A stretch of DNA of 64,000 bases, from contig CAVSQB010000003.1 of the NCBI GenBank assembly GCA_963729895.1, positions 96,001 to 160,000 of the forward strand, written 5' to 3'. The notes beneath the pieces were generated by a model. The model was not told the DNA's origin. It did no database searches and was given only the letters and a program-made list of their open reading frames with translations. The translations under genes and the position numbers were made by a program. Below, in pieces: positions 1 to 9,482 of this stretch; positions within the stretch are counted from its first letter, which is position 1, and each line of letters starts with the position of its first letter. Source of the stretch: an uncultured Fibrobacterota bacterium (GTDB lineage: Bacteria > Fibrobacterota > Chitinivibrionia > Chitinivibrionales > FEN-1185).

Positions 1-13
1 AATCATCGTACCG

Positions 14-811
14 TCACTTTCCCTGTGGCAAACCGGTGGCGCGCGCCACCACATCCTGAATCACGAGGCCTGCCAGGTAAAACCCGAACGTACCGGTCAC
101 GTGGACCGCCGACCCGTTGATCTGTTTCTTGGTGCTGCACCATTCATGCGCGGGCGCGGCCCCGCCCCCGGGGCGTTTCCCGGTTTTTGGACACAGGCAA
201 TCGGGTGCAGGCTGCAAAGGCAGGTTTTCTTCACTGTAGACGCAGGTCACCTCGCCCTCGAACCCTTTTTTCCTCAACCGCTTTCGGATATACCTGCCGA
301 GCGGGCAGCCTTGCGAGTTCCACAGGGAATCCACCCGGATCCGCAGGGGATCGAGTTTGTTTGACGCGCCAAGAGCCGAGAATACCCTGGCGCCGGCTTT
401 ACAAGATGCAATGATGAGATCCACCTTGTTGCTGAGGCTGTCGATGGCGTCGATCACGTAGTGGTACCCGTCCAGCGCGAACCCGTCCGCGGTGGTCCTC
501 GAAAAAATCATTTCCAGGGGAAGAATTGACGCATCGGGATGTATCTGCCGCAGCCGTGCAGCCAACTCAAGAACTTTCGGCTTGCCGACGCTTTCGGCGG
601 TGGCCTGCACCTGGCGGTTGATATTCGTGACGCACACGATGTCCGAGTCGACAAGTGCAATGGTGCCTACGCCCGACCGGACCAGCGCTTCCGCGCACCA
701 GCTCCCCACCCCGCCGATGCCGAACACAATCACTCTCGTCTTTGCAAGGGCTTTTATCCCGGCAGAGCCGGTGATGAGCTCAAGCCGCTGAAACACCGGA
801 TTCTGCGCCAC
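14..811 (-). CDS. tcdA: tRNA threonylcarbamoyladenosine dehydratase (ThiF/E1-like)
   Basis: GIGGVGSW, VDSDIVCVTNINRQ, VIDAIDS, GCPLGRYIRKRLRK motifs. Start moved to GTG 811 (VAQNPVFQRLELITG), with GAGG upstream. Confidence 0.85.
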   Translation of the reverse strand: MAQNPVFQRLELITGSAGIKALAKTRVIVFGIGGVGSWCAEALVRSGVGTIALVDSDIVCVTNINRQVQATAESVGKPKVLELAARLRQIHPDASILPLEMIFSRTTADGFALDGYHYVIDAIDSLSNKVDLIIASCKAGARVFSALGASNKLDPLRIRVDSLWNSQGCPLGRYIRKRLRKKGFEGEVTCVYSEENLPLQPAPDCLCPKTGKRPGGGAAPAHEWCSTKKQINGSAVHVTGTFGFYLAGLVIQDVVARATGLPQGK

Positions 812-986
812 GCAAACGATCCTCGTGCAGGTGAAGGTACAGCCCTCGCGGCAGCCGTACTGTTTCGGCACTGTCCGCCCGCGAGGCCCGGAGAAAGGCT
901 CCGGCGCACAATAACAATGTATTTTGTGTACCGTGTGCCAGGGCACACTAAATATACTCCGTCTATTATTAACAAGGAGCGATTCC

Positions 987-1295
987 ATGGCCGAACATCC
1001 ACTGGCGCCGCTTTTCAGGCTCGATGCGGACCTGCAGAATCACCTGAAGGCATCAGACGCCTTTGTGTATTCCGACGGCGCATTGCCCAGGAAAACCAAA
1101 CTCGTCATGGCAATGGCTTTCGACGCCGCACATGGGGCTGACCAGGGCGTTGCAGCTCTTGCAGACGCGGCGATCAAGGCCGGCGCAACAAAGCAGGAAA
1201 TCCTCGAAGCCGTTCGCGTTGCCGTTCACCTGAGCGGCATCGGCGCGGCATACACCGCGTCAAAGGGGCTTGCAGGGCTGGAGTCGAAGGAATGA
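987..1295 (+). CDS. Carboxymuconolactone decarboxylase/AhpD-like protein
   Basis: GALPRKTKLVMAMA...AIKAGATKQEILEA; AAGGAG RBS before ATG 987; ATGA overlap with the next gene. Confidence 0.8.
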   Translation: MAEHPLAPLFRLDADLQNHLKASDAFVYSDGALPRKTKLVMAMAFDAAHGADQGVAALADAAIKAGATKQEILEAVRVAVHLSGIGAAYTASKGLAGLESKE

Positions 1296-2446
1296 CACAG
1301 AAGGCCGCAGGCCACATTGACACACAGGTATGTCACGCGGGACTGTGCACCGACGAAAAGACCGGCGCCGTCAGCACGCCCATTTACCAGACGGCAACGT
1401 TCCGGCACCGCGGGCCGGGATTGTCAACCGGCTACGACTATTCCAGGACATCCAACCCGACTCGCGGCGTGCTCGAACAGGCCATGGCCGGTCTCGAATG
1501 CGGACATGCGGGCTTCGCGTTCGCGTCGGGCATGGCTGCGGTTGCCGCGGTCGCCGCTCTGTTGAAACCCGGCGACGCCCTTGTGGCGTCGGACGACCTG
1601 TACGGCGGCACCTACCGGTATTTTGAAAATTTCGCCCGGCCAGCCGGGATCCGCGTTTCCTATGCGGACACTTCCCGCAGCGGCCTGATGCGGGAAATCC
1701 TGTCGAAGGAGAAGATCAGGGCGCTGTTCATAGAGTCACCCACAAATCCGACCATGAAGATAACCGACCTGCGGCGCATCTCGTCCTACGCGCGTGCCAA
1801 CGGCGCGGTGACGGTGGTCGACAACACCTTCATGTCGCCGTTGTTGCAGCGGCCTTTGCTGCTGGGAGCGGATATCGTGATTCACAGCGGGACAAAATTC
1901 CTTGCCGGCCACAACGACACCTTGTGCGGCATTGTCGTGACGAGAACCCCGCGCTTGTCGAAACGGATCGCTTTTGCCCAAAACGCAGCGGGCGGCGTCT
2001 TGTCGCCGTTCGACTCCTGGCTTGTTTTGCGCGGGCTCAAGACCCTTGCCGTGCGAATGGAAAGGTCGCAGGCAAACGCCAGGAAGATCGCGGCATGGCT
2101 TTGCCGGCACCGGCGCGTCGCGGCTGTTTATTTCCCCGGCCTTGCCGCACATCCCGGTTACGCGCTTCACAAACGGCAGGCTCGCGGACCGGGATCCATT
2201 ATTTCTTTCCGCATGAGAAACGCGCGAATGGCGACCGCGGTACTGCGGCGGGTGGAAACCATTTCGTTCGCGGAGAGCCTGGGCGGCGTGGAAACGCTTA
2301 TCACGCATCCCGCCCGCCAGACACACACCGATGTTCCCGAACAGACCCGGCGATGCCTGGGCGTCACCGACGACCTGTTGCGCCTGTCGGTGGGCATCGA
2401 ACGGTGCGAGGATTTGATTGCCGACCTTAAAAACGCTTTGGAGTAA
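1292..2446 (+). CDS. metB: Cystathionine gamma-synthase-like PLP trans-sulfuration enzyme
   Basis: STPIYQTATF, YDYSRTSNPTR, ESPTNP, HSGTKFLAGHND (PLP Lys), AESLGGVETL. Confidence 0.8.
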   Translation: MTQKAAGHIDTQVCHAGLCTDEKTGAVSTPIYQTATFRHRGPGLSTGYDYSRTSNPTRGVLEQAMAGLECGHAGFAFASGMAAVAAVAALLKPGDALVASDDLYGGTYRYFENFARPAGIRVSYADTSRSGLMREILSKEKIRALFIESPTNPTMKITDLRRISSYARANGAVTVVDNTFMSPLLQRPLLLGADIVIHSGTKFLAGHNDTLCGIVVTRTPRLSKRIAFAQNAAGGVLSPFDSWLVLRGLKTLAVRMERSQANARKIAAWLCRHRRVAAVYFPGLAAHPGYALHKRQARGPGSIISFRMRNARMATAVLRRVETISFAESLGGVETLITHPARQTHTDVPEQTRRCLGVTDDLLRLSVGIERCEDLIADLKNALE

Positions 2447-2450
2447 TCCT

Positions 2451-3608
2451 ATGAGCACGCAAGAGCCTTTCCGGTACGACACCACTATTCTTCACGGCGC
2501 GGCCGCCCGCGACGAAGCGACCGGCGCGCTCAGCATTCCCATTTACCCTGCGTCAACGTACCACCAGAAGGACATCGGCGTGCGCCAGGAGTTCGACTAC
2601 GGACGCTCGGGCAACCCCACGCGCAAGGCGCTCGAAGAAACCCTTGCCGTGCTCGAAGGCGGGAAGTCGGGATTTGCGTTTGCCTCGGGCATGTCGGCCA
2701 TTCATGCCGCGATTACCGCGTTTGTCAAAGCAGGCGACCATATCGTGGCCACCCGGGACATCTACGGCGGCACCTACCGTTTTCTCACCGGATTTCTTTC
2801 GAAGTTCGGCGTTACCCATACCTTTGCGGATACCACGGACCCTGCAAACACGCGTGCCGCACTCACGCCGTCCACCCGCGTACTGTTTCTGGAAAGCCCG
2901 TCCAATCCGCTGCTCAAGATTACCGATCTTGCCGCGCACGCGAAGATTGCGGCCGAGCGCGGGATCATCACCATGATCGACAACACCTTTCTCTCGCCGT
3001 ACTTTCTTCAGCCCTTTACGCACGGGATCGACATCAGCATTCATAGCGCCACAAAATTCCTCGGCGGCCACAGCGATCTCATCGCGGGCGCGGTGGTCAC
3101 CCGATCCAAGGAACATGGCGATGCGGTCCGCTACGTCCAGAATACCTGCGGTGCCGTGCTGAGCCCGGAAAACTCATGGCTTCTTTTGCGGGGGATCAAG
3201 ACGCTGGGCGCACGCATGAAGCTTCAGCAGGCGACCGCGACTGCGGTGGCCCGGTGGATGGAAAAACAAGGATGGGTGACGCGGGTGTTCTACCCCGGCC
3301 TGCCGAATCATCCGGGCCGCGACATCCTGCAGCGCGAGGCGAGCGGATTCGGAAGCGTCGTGTCTTTCTCCGTTGACACAATAGAACGTCTCAATCGCCT
3401 GCTCAAGAGGGTAAAGGTCCTTACCGTTGCCGTGAGCCTCGGCGGCGTGGAAAGCATCCTGTCGTATCCTGCCCGCATGTCGCATGCGGCAATGCCCGCG
3501 CAGGTGCGCGCCGACCTCGGCATAACCGACACACTGCTCAGGCTTTCGGTGGGGCTTGAAGCGGCGGATGATATCATTGCCGACCTGGACCAGGGTTCCG
3601 CCGGTTGA
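2451..3608 (+). CDS. metC: Cystathionine beta-lyase-like PLP trans-sulfuration enzyme
   Basis: IPIYPASTYHQ, DYGRSGNPTR, HSATKFLGGHSD, AVSLGGVESIL. Second of a tandem pair resembling Bacillus metI-metC. Confidence 0.75.
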   Translation: MSTQEPFRYDTTILHGAAARDEATGALSIPIYPASTYHQKDIGVRQEFDYGRSGNPTRKALEETLAVLEGGKSGFAFASGMSAIHAAITAFVKAGDHIVATRDIYGGTYRFLTGFLSKFGVTHTFADTTDPANTRAALTPSTRVLFLESPSNPLLKITDLAAHAKIAAERGIITMIDNTFLSPYFLQPFTHGIDISIHSATKFLGGHSDLIAGAVVTRSKEHGDAVRYVQNTCGAVLSPENSWLLLRGIKTLGARMKLQQATATAVARWMEKQGWVTRVFYPGLPNHPGRDILQREASGFGSVVSFSVDTIERLNRLLKRVKVLTVAVSLGGVESILSYPARMSHAAMPAQVRADLGITDTLLRLSVGLEAADDIIADLDQGSAG

Positions 3609-3625
3609 AGAGAAATCCGCCCACG

Positions 3626-4693
3626 TTACGAAACCGGATTCTTCGAGGAATAGTCGACCGCCCGTTTCTCGGCACTGCTTTGCCTCGCGAGCTCGATTAC
3701 GCGTATGACGTCTCGTGCCTGTTCGGGCTGCACGGCCAGTTCCGTCCCGTTTACAATTGCTTCGTAGACGTTTTGGTAAAACGCCTGGTAGCACCCGCAG
3801 GCCGTTTCGATCTTTTCCCTGGATTCCGATGACCCGTTGCAGACGTTGAGCGTTCCCCATTCCGCTTCGGGGTCTTTGCCCCAGTCCCGGTCCTCCGGCG
3901 TTTTTCCGCGTTTGAGCGCCTCTTCCTGCGGGTCAAGGCCAAACTTGACAAATGACCCATTGGTGCCGTGGAGAGCGAACCGCGGGCCCGGCTCGCGCGC
4001 AAGCATAGTCGCCCCGCACGTCACCTTGAGGCGATCATAGCCGAGAACAACCTCGAACTGATCATCGGCTTTTGCATTGTCTCTTTGCATCCTGATCTCC
4101 GCGCAGACCGACTGTGGCGGTCCGAACAAGACGAGGGCCTGATCGATAAGATGCGGGCCGATATCGTAGAGCAGCCCGCTGCCCGCACCCGCCTCTTCGC
4201 GCCATGCGCCGGGCCGGGGTGATTTCCGGAACCTGTCGAAACGCGACTCGAACGCCACGAGCCTGCCGAGGCGGCCCTGTCGCACGATTTCCGAAACGGT
4301 GAGGAAATCTCCGTCCCATCGCCTGTTCTGGTGCACGCTGAGAATTCTCTTCTGACTGCGCGCCAGGTCTGCGAGCTGTTGCGCCTCAGCGGTCGTGATG
4401 GTGAACGGCTTGTCCACCACCACGTGCTTACCGGCCAGAAGCGCGGCGCGGGCCAGATCGAAATGGGTGGCGTTGGGTGTGGCAATTACTACGAGCTCGA
4501 TTTCCGTTCGCTCGAAAAGCGCTGCAGCGTCCTTTACAACAGCGGCCTGTGGATACCGCTGCCGCGAGGCTTCGCCATGCCGCTCCACCACCGCCGCGAG
4601 GCGCAACCGGGGAATTGCGGAGATGACCGGCGCATGAAATACCTGGCCGGCCATTCCATAGCCGACGAGGCCGACGTTGATCTTTCTGGACAT
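3626..4693 (-). CDS. Gfo/Idh/MocA family oxidoreductase (YdgJ/IolW-like)
   Basis: VGLVGYGMAG, HVVVDKPF, HQNRRWDGDF, GSGLLYDIGPHLIDQ; GGAG before ATG 4693. Confidence 0.9.
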   Translation of the reverse strand: MSRKINVGLVGYGMAGQVFHAPVISAIPRLRLAAVVERHGEASRQRYPQAAVVKDAAALFERTEIELVVIATPNATHFDLARAALLAGKHVVVDKPFTITTAEAQQLADLARSQKRILSVHQNRRWDGDFLTVSEIVRQGRLGRLVAFESRFDRFRKSPRPGAWREEAGAGSGLLYDIGPHLIDQALVLFGPPQSVCAEIRMQRDNAKADDQFEVVLGYDRLKVTCGATMLAREPGPRFALHGTNGSFVKFGLDPQEEALKRGKTPEDRDWGKDPEAEWGTLNVCNGSSESREKIETACGCYQAFYQNVYEAIVNGTELAVQPEQARDVIRVIELARQSSAEKRAVDYSSKNPVS

Positions 4694-4921
4694 CTGCCAC
4701 TCCTTGCAAACCGTCCCCGGATCTGCCCAAACCAGGGCTCCTGTGCAGGGAAACATTCAACTTCCTGGCAGGGCGGCACACGGGAAAGCCGACTCGGTTT
4801 GACATCACGGATTCAAAAGTCTATTTTTCTGGTATGACGTCATGAATTCGTGCACCTGTTACGAATTCCCTCCGCGCACAAAGCTTCCTGAAGGCTTCGG
4901 ACAACATAAAGAGGCATCACG

Positions 4922-5233
4922 ATGGACAACATACCCGCCAGCCTGGACGAATTTCTTCGCACCCACGACAAGCCGATTCTTGCGGATTTCTGGGCAGAGT
5001 GGTGCGGACCGTGCAAAATAATGGCGCCTGTTCTCCAACAACTGGCTCGGGAATGGAAGGGCCGCGTTACAGTAATAAAAATAGATACCGAAGCAAAGCA
5101 GAATCTGGCTCAACGCTTCAACATAACCGGCATTCCCACGCTTATTCTGTTCCGGAATGGAGAAGAAATACATCGCGTCACCGGCGCCGTGCCTCTTGCG
5201 CAGTTGAAAGCCGTTTTAGGCGAGTTTGTGTGA
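4922..5233 (+). CDS. trxA: Thioredoxin
   Basis: DFWAEWCGPCK, GIPTLILF. Confidence 0.95.
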   Translation: MDNIPASLDEFLRTHDKPILADFWAEWCGPCKIMAPVLQQLAREWKGRVTVIKIDTEAKQNLAQRFNITGIPTLILFRNGEEIHRVTGAVPLAQLKAVLGEFV

Positions 5234-5536
5234 ACCCCCACTGTTGACATATAGGACTCCCACAATCTTCAAACGACTCCTGCTTCCATCCATAGAATAT
5301 ACCGTTTCATGCTGTGCGTTGACAAGAGTTGCGCGAGCGAATTGATCTTCTCGCTCTATCCGCCAATGGACATGCTTCGCGGCTTGACTGGCCCAATATT
5401 CGCTCTTCTTTTTTATGGCAAGATCCGGTGGACTTATGCTGAATCGAATCAACACAGTGCAGGAATGCAAACGCATCATATAGTCCTTAATTACAGCAAG
5501 TTAGGACAGCAATATTTAAAGTGAAAGATTTTCCTG

Positions 5537-5565
5537 TTGACACCGGAACAATTCAGTGTTATATT
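5537..5565 (+). promoter_or_regulatory. Sigma70-type promoter of the cysK-metY operon
   Basis: TTGACA (5537-5542), 17-bp spacer, TG-n-TATATT (5560-5565) in AT-rich DNA upstream of cysK. Confidence 0.7.
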
Positions 5566-5647
5566 TATATAGTTTATAAACATTATTAACATTAAAGTCA
5601 ATAGTTCGAAAATGTTATACAACCATCACCCTTCAAAGGAGGTCCAA

Positions 5648-6592
5648 ATGAAAATTGCATCAGACATCACAAAACTCATCGGCGGCACGCCGCTGGTCAA
5701 GATCAATGAACTCAACAAAGACGGCAAAGCTCAGATCGCGGCAAAGCTTGAATTCTTCAACCCGATGTCGAGCGTCAAGGACAGGATCGGGCTTGCAATG
5801 ATCGAAGACGCTGAAAAAAAGGGGCTCCTGAAAAAGGGCAGCGTGATTATAGAACCCACAAGCGGAAACACGGGGATCGCGCTGGCGTTTGTTGCTGCGG
5901 CGAAGGGATACAGGCTCATTTTGACCATGCCCGAAACCATGAGCCTCGAACGCCGCAAGATTCTTAAGTCTCTGGGCGCGGAACTGGTGCTCACCGAAGG
6001 CCCCAAAGGAATGAAAGGCGCAGTTGCTAAAGCGGAAGAACTGGCCGGCCAAACCCCCAATTCCTTTCTTCCTCAGCAATTCAACAATCCTGCAAATCCG
6101 GAAGTGCACAGGAAAACCACTGCAGAGGAGATCTGGAATGACACCGACGGCAAGGTGGATATTTTTGTCGGCGGCGTGGGTACGGGCGGCACCATATCAG
6201 GAGTGGGCGAAGTACTCAAAAGCCGCAAGAAGAGCGTCAAGATCATTGCCATCGAACCTGAGAAATCTCCTGTCCTTTCCGGCGGGCAGGCCGGACCGCA
6301 CAAGATCCAGGGCATAGGCGCCGGCTTTGTTCCGGGGGTGTATAATAAGGGAGTAGTTGACGAAATCATGAAGGTGAAGGAAGAAGACGCAGGCGCGGTT
6401 GCCCGGTTGCTCGCAAAGAAAGAAGGTATATTTGTTGGAATTTCCTCCGGCGCCGCACTCTGGGCCGCACTGGAAGTGGCGCAACGAGACGAGAACAAAG
6501 GCAAGCTGATTGTGGTGGTCCTGCCCGACACGGGTGAACGGTATTTGAGCACCTGGCTGTGGGAGGAACCGGTTGAATCGCCGGCGCTGTGA
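5648..6592 (+). CDS. cysK: Cysteine synthase A
   Basis: [58 protein letters not shown]. Confidence 0.97.
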   Translation: MKIASDITKLIGGTPLVKINELNKDGKAQIAAKLEFFNPMSSVKDRIGLAMIEDAEKKGLLKKGSVIIEPTSGNTGIALAFVAAAKGYRLILTMPETMSLERRKILKSLGAELVLTEGPKGMKGAVAKAEELAGQTPNSFLPQQFNNPANPEVHRKTTAEEIWNDTDGKVDIFVGGVGTGGTISGVGEVLKSRKKSVKIIAIEPEKSPVLSGGQAGPHKIQGIGAGFVPGVYNKGVVDEIMKVKEEDAGAVARLLAKKEGIFVGISSGAALWAALEVAQRDENKGKLIVVVLPDTGERYLSTWLWEEPVESPAL

Positions 6593-6670
6593 TGGGCCGG
6601 AAAACATTGACAGAAGCGTAATTCAAAGCCGATACATAAATTACCTATTCTCTAATGGAAAGGCTCGACT

Positions 6671-7960
6671 ATGAGTGAAAGGCCCTATCGTTTTGAGACG
6701 CTCGCCCTGCACGCGGGACAAAGCGTTGACGCCACGCAGTCGCGGGCGGTACCGATTTACCGGACCAGTTCCTATGTGTTCAAAAACACCGAGCACGCTG
6801 CGAACCTGTTTGCACTTAAGGAACTGGGCAACATCTACACCCGACTGACAAATCCCACCACCGACACCCTCGAACAAAGGGTTTCCCAGCTCGAAGGCGG
6901 CGCAGCATCGGTTGCCTTGTCCTCGGGAACGTCGGCGGTATTCTATTCGATTATTACGCTCGCGGAGGCCGGCGACGAAATCGTGTCGGCCAATAATCTG
7001 TACGGCGGAACCTACACCCAATTCGACGCGATTCTGCCAAAACTTGGCATTACCGCCCGGTTCGTGGACCCGCGCGATCCGCAAAACTTCGAGAAAGCGA
7101 TAACCGACAAGACCCGTGCCGTGTTTATCGAGACTATCGGCAATCCGAAGCTTGACTTCACCGACGTGCGGACCGTTGCCGACGTTTCGCACCGCCATGG
7201 CGTACCGCTTATTGTGGACGCAACATTTACAACGCCGTTTTTGCTGAAATCGATTGAGCATGGCGCGGACATCGTGGTGAATTCGTTGACAAAATGGATG
7301 GGCGGCCACGGCACCGCCATCGGCGGCATCATCACCGATTCCGGCGCGTTCAACTGGAAAGGCGGCCGCCATAAGCTGTTTACAGAACCGGACGCAAATT
7401 ATCACGGGCTTCGATGGGCGCTCGATCTCCCGGAAGCGCTCTCTCCCATCGCTTTTGCCCTGCGTGTGCGCACCGTGCCGCTGCGTAACTTGGGTGCGTG
7501 CATTTCGCCCGATAATTCGTGGGCTTTTCTCCAGGGGCTGGAGACGCTTCCCGTCCGCATGGTCCGCCACTCGGAAAACGCGCTTGCGGTTGCGGAGTAC
7601 CTCAAACGGCACCCGAAAGTATCGTGGGTGCGTTATCCAGGCCTCAAGGGAGATCCTGCCCACGCCTTGGCGAGCAAGTACCTCAAAAACGGGTTCGGCG
7701 GGATGGTGGTGTTCGGTGTCAAGGGCGGATACAACGCTGCTGTTACAATACTTGACAACATTAAACTGTTTTCACACCTGGCCAACGTGGGCGATGCCAA
7801 GAGCCTTATTCTTCACCCGTCGAGCACGTCGCATTCGCAGCTTTCCGAAGCCCAGCAGCGCGAATCCGGGCTCACGCCCGATCTTATCCGGTTGTCAATC
7901 GGGCTCGAACATATCGATGACCTTATCGCCGCACTCCACGGCGCGCTGGCGTTGGCGTAA
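6671..7960 (+). CDS. metY: O-acetylhomoserine aminocarboxypropyltransferase (sulfhydrylase)
   Basis: GNIYTRLTNPT, SLTKWMGGHG, HLANVGDAKSLILHPSSTSHSQL. Confidence 0.92.
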   Translation: MSERPYRFETLALHAGQSVDATQSRAVPIYRTSSYVFKNTEHAANLFALKELGNIYTRLTNPTTDTLEQRVSQLEGGAASVALSSGTSAVFYSIITLAEAGDEIVSANNLYGGTYTQFDAILPKLGITARFVDPRDPQNFEKAITDKTRAVFIETIGNPKLDFTDVRTVADVSHRHGVPLIVDATFTTPFLLKSIEHGADIVVNSLTKWMGGHGTAIGGIITDSGAFNWKGGRHKLFTEPDANYHGLRWALDLPEALSPIAFALRVRTVPLRNLGACISPDNSWAFLQGLETLPVRMVRHSENALAVAEYLKRHPKVSWVRYPGLKGDPAHALASKYLKNGFGGMVVFGVKGGYNAAVTILDNIKLFSHLANVGDAKSLILHPSSTSHSQLSEAQQRESGLTPDLIRLSIGLEHIDDLIAALHGALALA

Positions 7961-8048
7961 TCGGCCTGCGGTATTCCTGCACAGGATCGCTGATCATACA
8001 GCGGCGGCTTCGGGCCTGACTTTTCTTGCATCAAACAGGGTACCGGCC

Positions 8049-8312
8049 ATGATTAGGAAAAAACTGACGGTCCGCAACGAACATGGAATCCACGCCCGGG
8101 TGGCACTCAGGGTTGCGGAAATGTGCAGGCTCGGATCGTCAAACATTACGATATGCAAAGGCTGCGAAAAAGCAAGCGGCTGTTCCGTTTTAGAGCTTCT
8201 CATGCTTGGCGCAGGGAATGGAACGGAGATCGAGATTGTCGCCTGCGGCGGGGAAGAGCGCAAAAGTGTCGATGACGTAGCCCAGATTTTTTCCCAAGGA
8301 TCGGGGATTTGA
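8049..8312 (+). CDS. HPr-family phosphocarrier protein, Cys-rich
   Basis: VRNEHGIHAR (His15 motif) and SVLELLMLGA (Ser46 motif); 87 aa; C-terminal part of ORF 7455..8312. Confidence 0.85.
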   Translation: MIRKKLTVRNEHGIHARVALRVAEMCRLGSSNITICKGCEKASGCSVLELLMLGAGNGTEIEIVACGGEERKSVDDVAQIFSQGSGI

Positions 8313-8395
8313 AGTATTATTACTCTGGCAATTACTAAACAGTTCATTAGCAAGGACACGTTTGCCGGAGTACTATTGCTAAAGGGCCGCGGGAC

Positions 8396-8830
8396 ATGAA
8401 ACTTTCCACCAAATGCCGCTACGGCCTTCGGGCCATGATCGAGCTCGCGAGAAACTTCGACAACGGACCGATCAACAGGAAGAAGATTGCCGGGGCGCAG
8501 CACATCACAAAGGCCTACCTCGAAAACATCCTCACGTCCCTGCGGGAGAAAAACCTTATCCGCACCACGCGCGGCGCAAACGGCGGGTTCGTACTTCGGC
8601 TCGAGCCGTCCCGCATAACGGTATTGGATATTGTCAACGCCCTCGAAGGGTCCATCGCGCCCGTTGATTGCATCGAAAACCGCTCGGTGTGCGACAAAAT
8701 TCCCTCGTGCCCGGCGCGTCTGGTGTGGAAAAAACTGTACGACGCCCAGACAAGGGCGCTGTCGGAACTAACGTTGCAGGACGTGCTTGAGATGGAGCCT
8801 GCCTCGCAAGACGTCAATTACGTGATCTAG
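8396..8830 (+). CDS. Rrf2-family regulator (IscR/CymR-like, three Cys)
   Basis: MKLSTKCRYGLRAMIELA, YLENIL, RGANGGF, PVDC-x6-C-x5-C. Confidence 0.92.
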   Translation: MKLSTKCRYGLRAMIELARNFDNGPINRKKIAGAQHITKAYLENILTSLREKNLIRTTRGANGGFVLRLEPSRITVLDIVNALEGSIAPVDCIENRSVCDKIPSCPARLVWKKLYDAQTRALSELTLQDVLEMEPASQDVNYVI

Positions 8831-8855
8831 AGCCGTTTCTCCCCGGAATTCTTTC

Positions 8856-9050
8856 ATGCGACCAATTCTCACGGAATCCCAGCTCAAGCGGTTTCACCGG
8901 CAGGTTGTGCTTCCCGGCATGGGTCAGGCAAAACTGCTTTCGTCAAGCCTTCCAGGAAAACCGCCGCCACGAAGCGCCAAAGCGGACCGGGCTTACCCTT
9001 GCCCGGTCCGCCGCACCTCTAGTTGCCTTGTTTCTGCTGCATCCGGCTGA
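8856..9050 (+). pseudogene. N-terminal remnant of a ThiF/MoeB/HesA adenylyltransferase
   Basis: LTESQLKRFHRQVVLPGMGQAKLLSS matches the MoeB/ThiF N-terminal pattern; similarity stops before the GxGxxG motif. Confidence 0.65.
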
Positions 9051-9468
9051 TGTACGCCTCAAACGCCGCTTTCCCTTCGTCTTTCCAGAACTGATCGTAA
9101 TAGCTCCAGTTCCTGTACGACCCGCGTATCCGGTAATCCTCATTCTCGCCGCCGGAAAACGGGCCGTGTCGGTGCCAGTGCCGCCTTCCGTGGTGCCATC
9201 CGTGCCTGCCGCCGTAATGCGGGCCGGCGCCGCCAAAGAGCAGCTTGGCAAGCAGCACGATGCCAAAGGCCTGCCAGAAGGTTATCGCCTTGAGGCCGAA
9301 CAGCGCAGGCATGAGCCAGTTCCACAAGAGCAAGACCAGCCACCCGAACAACAAAGCAAACAGCACTGCAAACGTGACGCCCGCGAAAACGAGCCCAACG
9401 ATCCGCAGCACTGCGAAAGCCCGAGGCGGCGGGAAATGCGGCATGTGATGTTCGAAATTGCTTTCCAT
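9019..9468 (-). CDS. Hypothetical membrane protein downstream of ECF sigma
   Basis: Hydrophobic segments, LWNWLMPALFGLKAITFWQAFG, His/Arg/Gly-rich tail; AAGGAGG RBS. Confidence 0.8.
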   Translation of the reverse strand: MESNFEHHMPHFPPPRAFAVLRIVGLVFAGVTFAVLFALLFGWLVLLLWNWLMPALFGLKAITFWQAFGIVLLAKLLFGGAGPHYGGRHGWHHGRRHWHRHGPFSGGENEDYRIRGSYRNWSYYDQFWKDEGKAAFEAYISRMQQKQGN

Positions 9469-9482
9469 GTGTTCCTCCTTTG

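Noticed and set aside
5216..5524. Short ORFs between trxA and cysK
   Set aside because: No convincing RBS or family motif; a small real gene cannot be fully excluded.
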